Source: Craspedostauros australis
Lineage: Eukaryota
Assembly (NCBI GenBank): GCA_030167865.1
Contig: JALAGF010005397.1
Location: 1 to 64,000 of the forward strand
DNA length: 64,000 nucleotides
Direction of reading: 5' to 3'
Shown: positions 61,113 to 64,000 of the stretch, in pieces
How the letters are laid out: the number at the start of each line of letters is the position of its first letter
How positions within the stretch are numbered: position 1 is the stretch's first letter
Translations under genes and position numbers: made by a program
The notes under the pieces: model-generated
The model's input: the letters and a program-made list of their open reading frames with translations, nothing else
Database searches by the model: none
What the model was told of the DNA's origin: nothing

Positions 61113-64000
61113 TCATGGTGACGGTGTGGGCGATGGCGAGTCGACAAGCAAATCTTCGTCCACCTTGAAGTCACAATCTGCCTCGTATCTCCATGCAAAC
61201 CCCTTCCAGGCTTGTGCATGTCCCTTGAGGCATCTGTATAGCATGCTCTGAGCGGCATTCCCAGTCAGAATCAGACACGCTGCGTTGGCAGATCTGTACA
61301 TGGCAACGGGCTTGTTCGATTTCTGGCATAGCTTCACCACCCTCTTGAAGGTTTTATGGCGAGGCTTGGGTGATGCACCGGCTTTCGCCTTTCGGTCAAG
61401 CTTGCTGGCCTGGAGGTTGACCCTGCGTTTGATCAGCGGCAGGGAGGGTTTGTACCCGGCCGGCGATGATAGATCAGACCGTGGCGATGAGCCTGATTCC
61501 CCGCGACCCTCGGCGGTTTCCAGCCCTGCAGCTGGAGTTGGCGTCGGGTCAATGAATCTCCCACCATCCGTTCCTGACAAGGGGGACTGAGACGAGAGCG
61601 CCGCTTGCCCTTCCGACAATTGCGTTGGAGTCTTAGACTTGATGTTGGACTCCATGATGGTGAGGCATGCCTTCACCTTGCGCATCAGAGAAGCCGAGAT
61701 GTAGTGTCGGCGCAGAGCTTTGATGGCGCGGTACGCTCTTGCGACGAACACCTCACAACGTTGGCACTCGGCAAGGTTGTCATCATACGACAGCGTCGCA
61801 CCGGAGGCCTTCAGTTTGCGGAAGTTGCCTTCGATTTTCCAGTCGCTGATCGCATCACGGACCATCTGACTGACGCCCAGGTCGGTGATGATCTTGGCCA
61901 ATGTGCCCACGTCAAATGTGCTCTGTTTCGCGAAGTCAGACGGTTTGAGACAGAGGAGGAGCATTGCCCTTGGGATGAAACCGCAGCTCATGCCGTCCAC
62001 CATCCCGTGGCGCCATTCTACATCGTACACGATTGTTGATCTCGTGATTTGGCGACGTGCCTTCACGAGGGATTTCGCCAGCGTTGGACCGAAGATATGC
62101 ACGGCGTCCATCGGCGCTGGAGCATCGCTGCTGTTCTCATCGGCGACGAAGAACCTGGCTATGGTGTCAAAGGGCTCCTCACCAGTTTCTGCGCAATGAG
62201 TCTCGCTGTACGGCCGTATCATTGGCGGGCCGTCAGACACCGGAGCAGCCTTGCCTGCCTTCTTTCCCCCGCTTGTGTTGACGGTTGTTGACTCATGCGC
62301 ACTCCCCCCGGCATCCTCGGCAAGCATCGACTCGTCGTCGTCGATCACAGTGATCCCCAAACCGCGTCTTGATGTATGCTTTTGGTTCAATCGTCTGTTC
62401 TGTGCGGTCCCATCAAAAGCAGGCAGGGAGTCCAGTGGGCTGCTGAATTTCAGATTGGCCAAAAATTTGTCGGTCTGAGTGGTGTCGCGGTACCTCCACT
62501 TATACCCTCTCCATAGATCCGTCTTCCCTGACAGCACATCGCCGAGGGCGTTCCCCTTCGTTAGGACCATGATGCTCTTTATCACTTCCGTCGAAACGAA
62601 CGTGGCAACCACTTCTCCGCTGTTTGGGCACACAACCTCGATGCGTCGCTTTGCAGAGGACGTGTCGCCGGCTTCAAGCCCGTCGCAAGACACCGACGAC
62701 GCCTCATCGCCAGCTGGAGGAGTACTGGAGGATGTGTCCAGAGAAACGATGGCGTGGCTGCCCCTCACGGACTCTTCCAATTCATTATCATCATCCGAAT
62801 CCATCTCTTCATCTCGATCGTAACCGTCGCCTTCGTCCGACATGCTTTCGTCGCTTGCAGCACCCCTGCGTGCTTTTTTTGCTCTTCTCTGTTCCTTTCC
62901 ACGTCCATTAGTGCTGTCCCCACCGGCACTTATTCTTCTTCGTTTGTGACCATACCTGCCAGATCGACCGTAGTATGACTTCTTGCTAGATTGCTTCGCG
63001 AGTTTGCGATCGTCAACCAGGTCATCCTCAATTTGGTCCTTGTTATCTTCCTCAACGTAGACGTATTCTTCGTCGTCTTCCCCCTGCAGGATGCTACGTC
63101 GTCTCTTCGGTACCACCTCTTCCTCTTCCTCCTCTTCAACGTCTTCGCCTTCACTATCCTCATCTTCACCGTCCTCCTCGTCCTCTTCATTTTCGTCATC
63201 GTCTTCATCCTGATCTTCTTCGTCGTCTTCGCTTTCGCCGGTGGTATCACCTTTCGACATCTCATCATCGGAATCTTGCTGGGATGCTTTCCCGTTCTTC
63301 CATGATGTTTTGGATGAATTGGATCTGCTGAAGGGCAAATCGGGTACGATCTTTTCCCTCTTCGCAAGCGACGGATATTTCCGGATGATGGACCTCAGCA
63401 TGATGCCGAGGCAATCTCGAAGCTTCTTTTCCAGCTGAGCACTCCTCGAGGTCGTTTCAAAGTACAACTCACAAGAGTAGACTCGCGTGCAAAACAGGAG
63501 GCAATGTGCAAAGCGGATCCGTTCCCGGTTGCGCCCGTCGATGAAGAATTTCAGCTCGTTCTTGCTTGTGCTGCCTGCCACAGATGGCTTCGACAAATCT
63601 TCGACGCTGGGCGGGTGCATGAGGTAGTAGTAGTCATCCTCCCATCCCCAGTGAGTGATGGCCTTTTCGATCAGCTCCATACAATCCAACGACTTCACGA
63701 TCTCCATGAGGTGCTGCGGCTCGCTGAGGTAGAATCGCTCAGATGCGAGACACAGCAGAAGCATTTGCGGCTTGATGTACCCGCCGCAGTTAACACCTCG
63801 AATGATCCCGTCCATCCATTGCGACCCCCAAACTATGCCACTGAGATCGATCTGATTGGCAGCTGTGACCATGCACTGTGCAAAGAGCTCACCGAAGGTG
63901 TCGATGGCTTCGAGGCTGGGCTCAAGCCGTCTTCTCGTTCTCGACCATCGGAAGGAAAGCGACTCGTCAGCCTGCCGCGGTCGCAGAAGTTGGCTCAAAC
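61113..64000 (-). CDS. 5'-truncated large protein with two copies of an unrecognised helical domain, an acidic/basic linker and two NUMOD1/IENR1-like HTH modules
   Basis: Open frame of at least 961 codons running off the window edge. The internal duplication is visible by eye, and both modules end G[YF]xWRY. Confidence 0.78.
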   Translation of the reverse strand, partial: LSQLLRPRQADESLSFRWSRTRRRLEPSLEAIDTFGELFAQCMVTAANQIDLSGIVWGSQWMDGIIRGVNCGGYIKPQMLLLCLASERFYLSEPQHLMEIVKSLDCMELIEKAITHWGWEDDYYYLMHPPSVEDLSKPSVAGSTSKNELKFFIDGRNRERIRFAHCLLFCTRVYSCELYFETTSRSAQLEKKLRDCLGIMLRSIIRKYPSLAKREKIVPDLPFSRSNSSKTSWKNGKASQQDSDDEMSKGDTTGESEDDEEDQDEDDDENEEDEEDGEDEDSEGEDVEEEEEEEVVPKRRRSILQGEDDEEYVYVEEDNKDQIEDDLVDDRKLAKQSSKKSYYGRSGRYGHKRRRISAGGDSTNGRGKEQRRAKKARRGAASDESMSDEGDGYDRDEEMDSDDDNELEESVRGSHAIVSLDTSSSTPPAGDEASSVSCDGLEAGDTSSAKRRIEVVCPNSGEVVATFVSTEVIKSIMVLTKGNALGDVLSGKTDLWRGYKWRYRDTTQTDKFLANLKFSSPLDSLPAFDGTAQNRRLNQKHTSRRGLGITVIDDDESMLAEDAGGSAHESTTVNTSGGKKAGKAAPVSDGPPMIRPYSETHCAETGEEPFDTIARFFVADENSSDAPAPMDAVHIFGPTLAKSLVKARRQITRSTIVYDVEWRHGMVDGMSCGFIPRAMLLLCLKPSDFAKQSTFDVGTLAKIITDLGVSQMVRDAISDWKIEGNFRKLKASGATLSYDDNLAECQRCEVFVARAYRAIKALRRHYISASLMRKVKACLTIMESNIKSKTPTQLSEGQAALSSQSPLSGTDGGRFIDPTPTPAAGLETAEGRGESGSSPRSDLSSPAGYKPSLPLIKRRVNLQASKLDRKAKAGASPKPRHKTFKRVVKLCQKSNKPVAMYRSANAACLILTGNAAQSMLYRCLKGHAQAWKGFAWRYEADCDFKVDEDLLVDSPSPTPSP

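Overview
Gene-dense eukaryotic nuclear DNA, almost certainly from a diatom. Evidence: an FCP/LHC gene, several bipartite ASAFAP-type plastid presequences, a bZIP-PAS factor, a bacterial-type glucokinase and a secreted bacterial-type SET protein. I built 21 protein-coding gene models; the last is 5'-truncated by the window edge. They contain 14 GT-AG introns, all placed by hand and checked for frame continuity. In order: LTO1/Yae1-type protein, plastid methyltransferase-16-like protein, glucokinase with a C-terminal membrane anchor, Ran, PDZ + PP2A-A-like HEAT protein, small plastid membrane protein, LHC, SDP1-like patatin lipase, bZIP-PAS, secreted tandem-SET protein, thylakoid-lumen membrane protein, PX-like/TM/EDR2_C protein, ER coiled-coil protein, 4-TM protein, plastid LSMT-like SET protein, two tandem sulfotransferases, a cupin, two tandem oligopeptidase B paralogs, and a repeat protein with NUMOD1-like HTH modules. 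I recognised no rRNA, tRNA, CRISPR array or transposon. The most unusual items are the [unknown helical domain + NUMOD1-like HTH]x2 protein, the oligopeptidase B pair re-targeted to plastid versus type II membrane, the PDZ/RGG-extended PP2A scaffold-like protein, the tail-anchored glucokinase and the secreted double-SET protein. All family assignments come from motif recognition by eye; no database searches were run.
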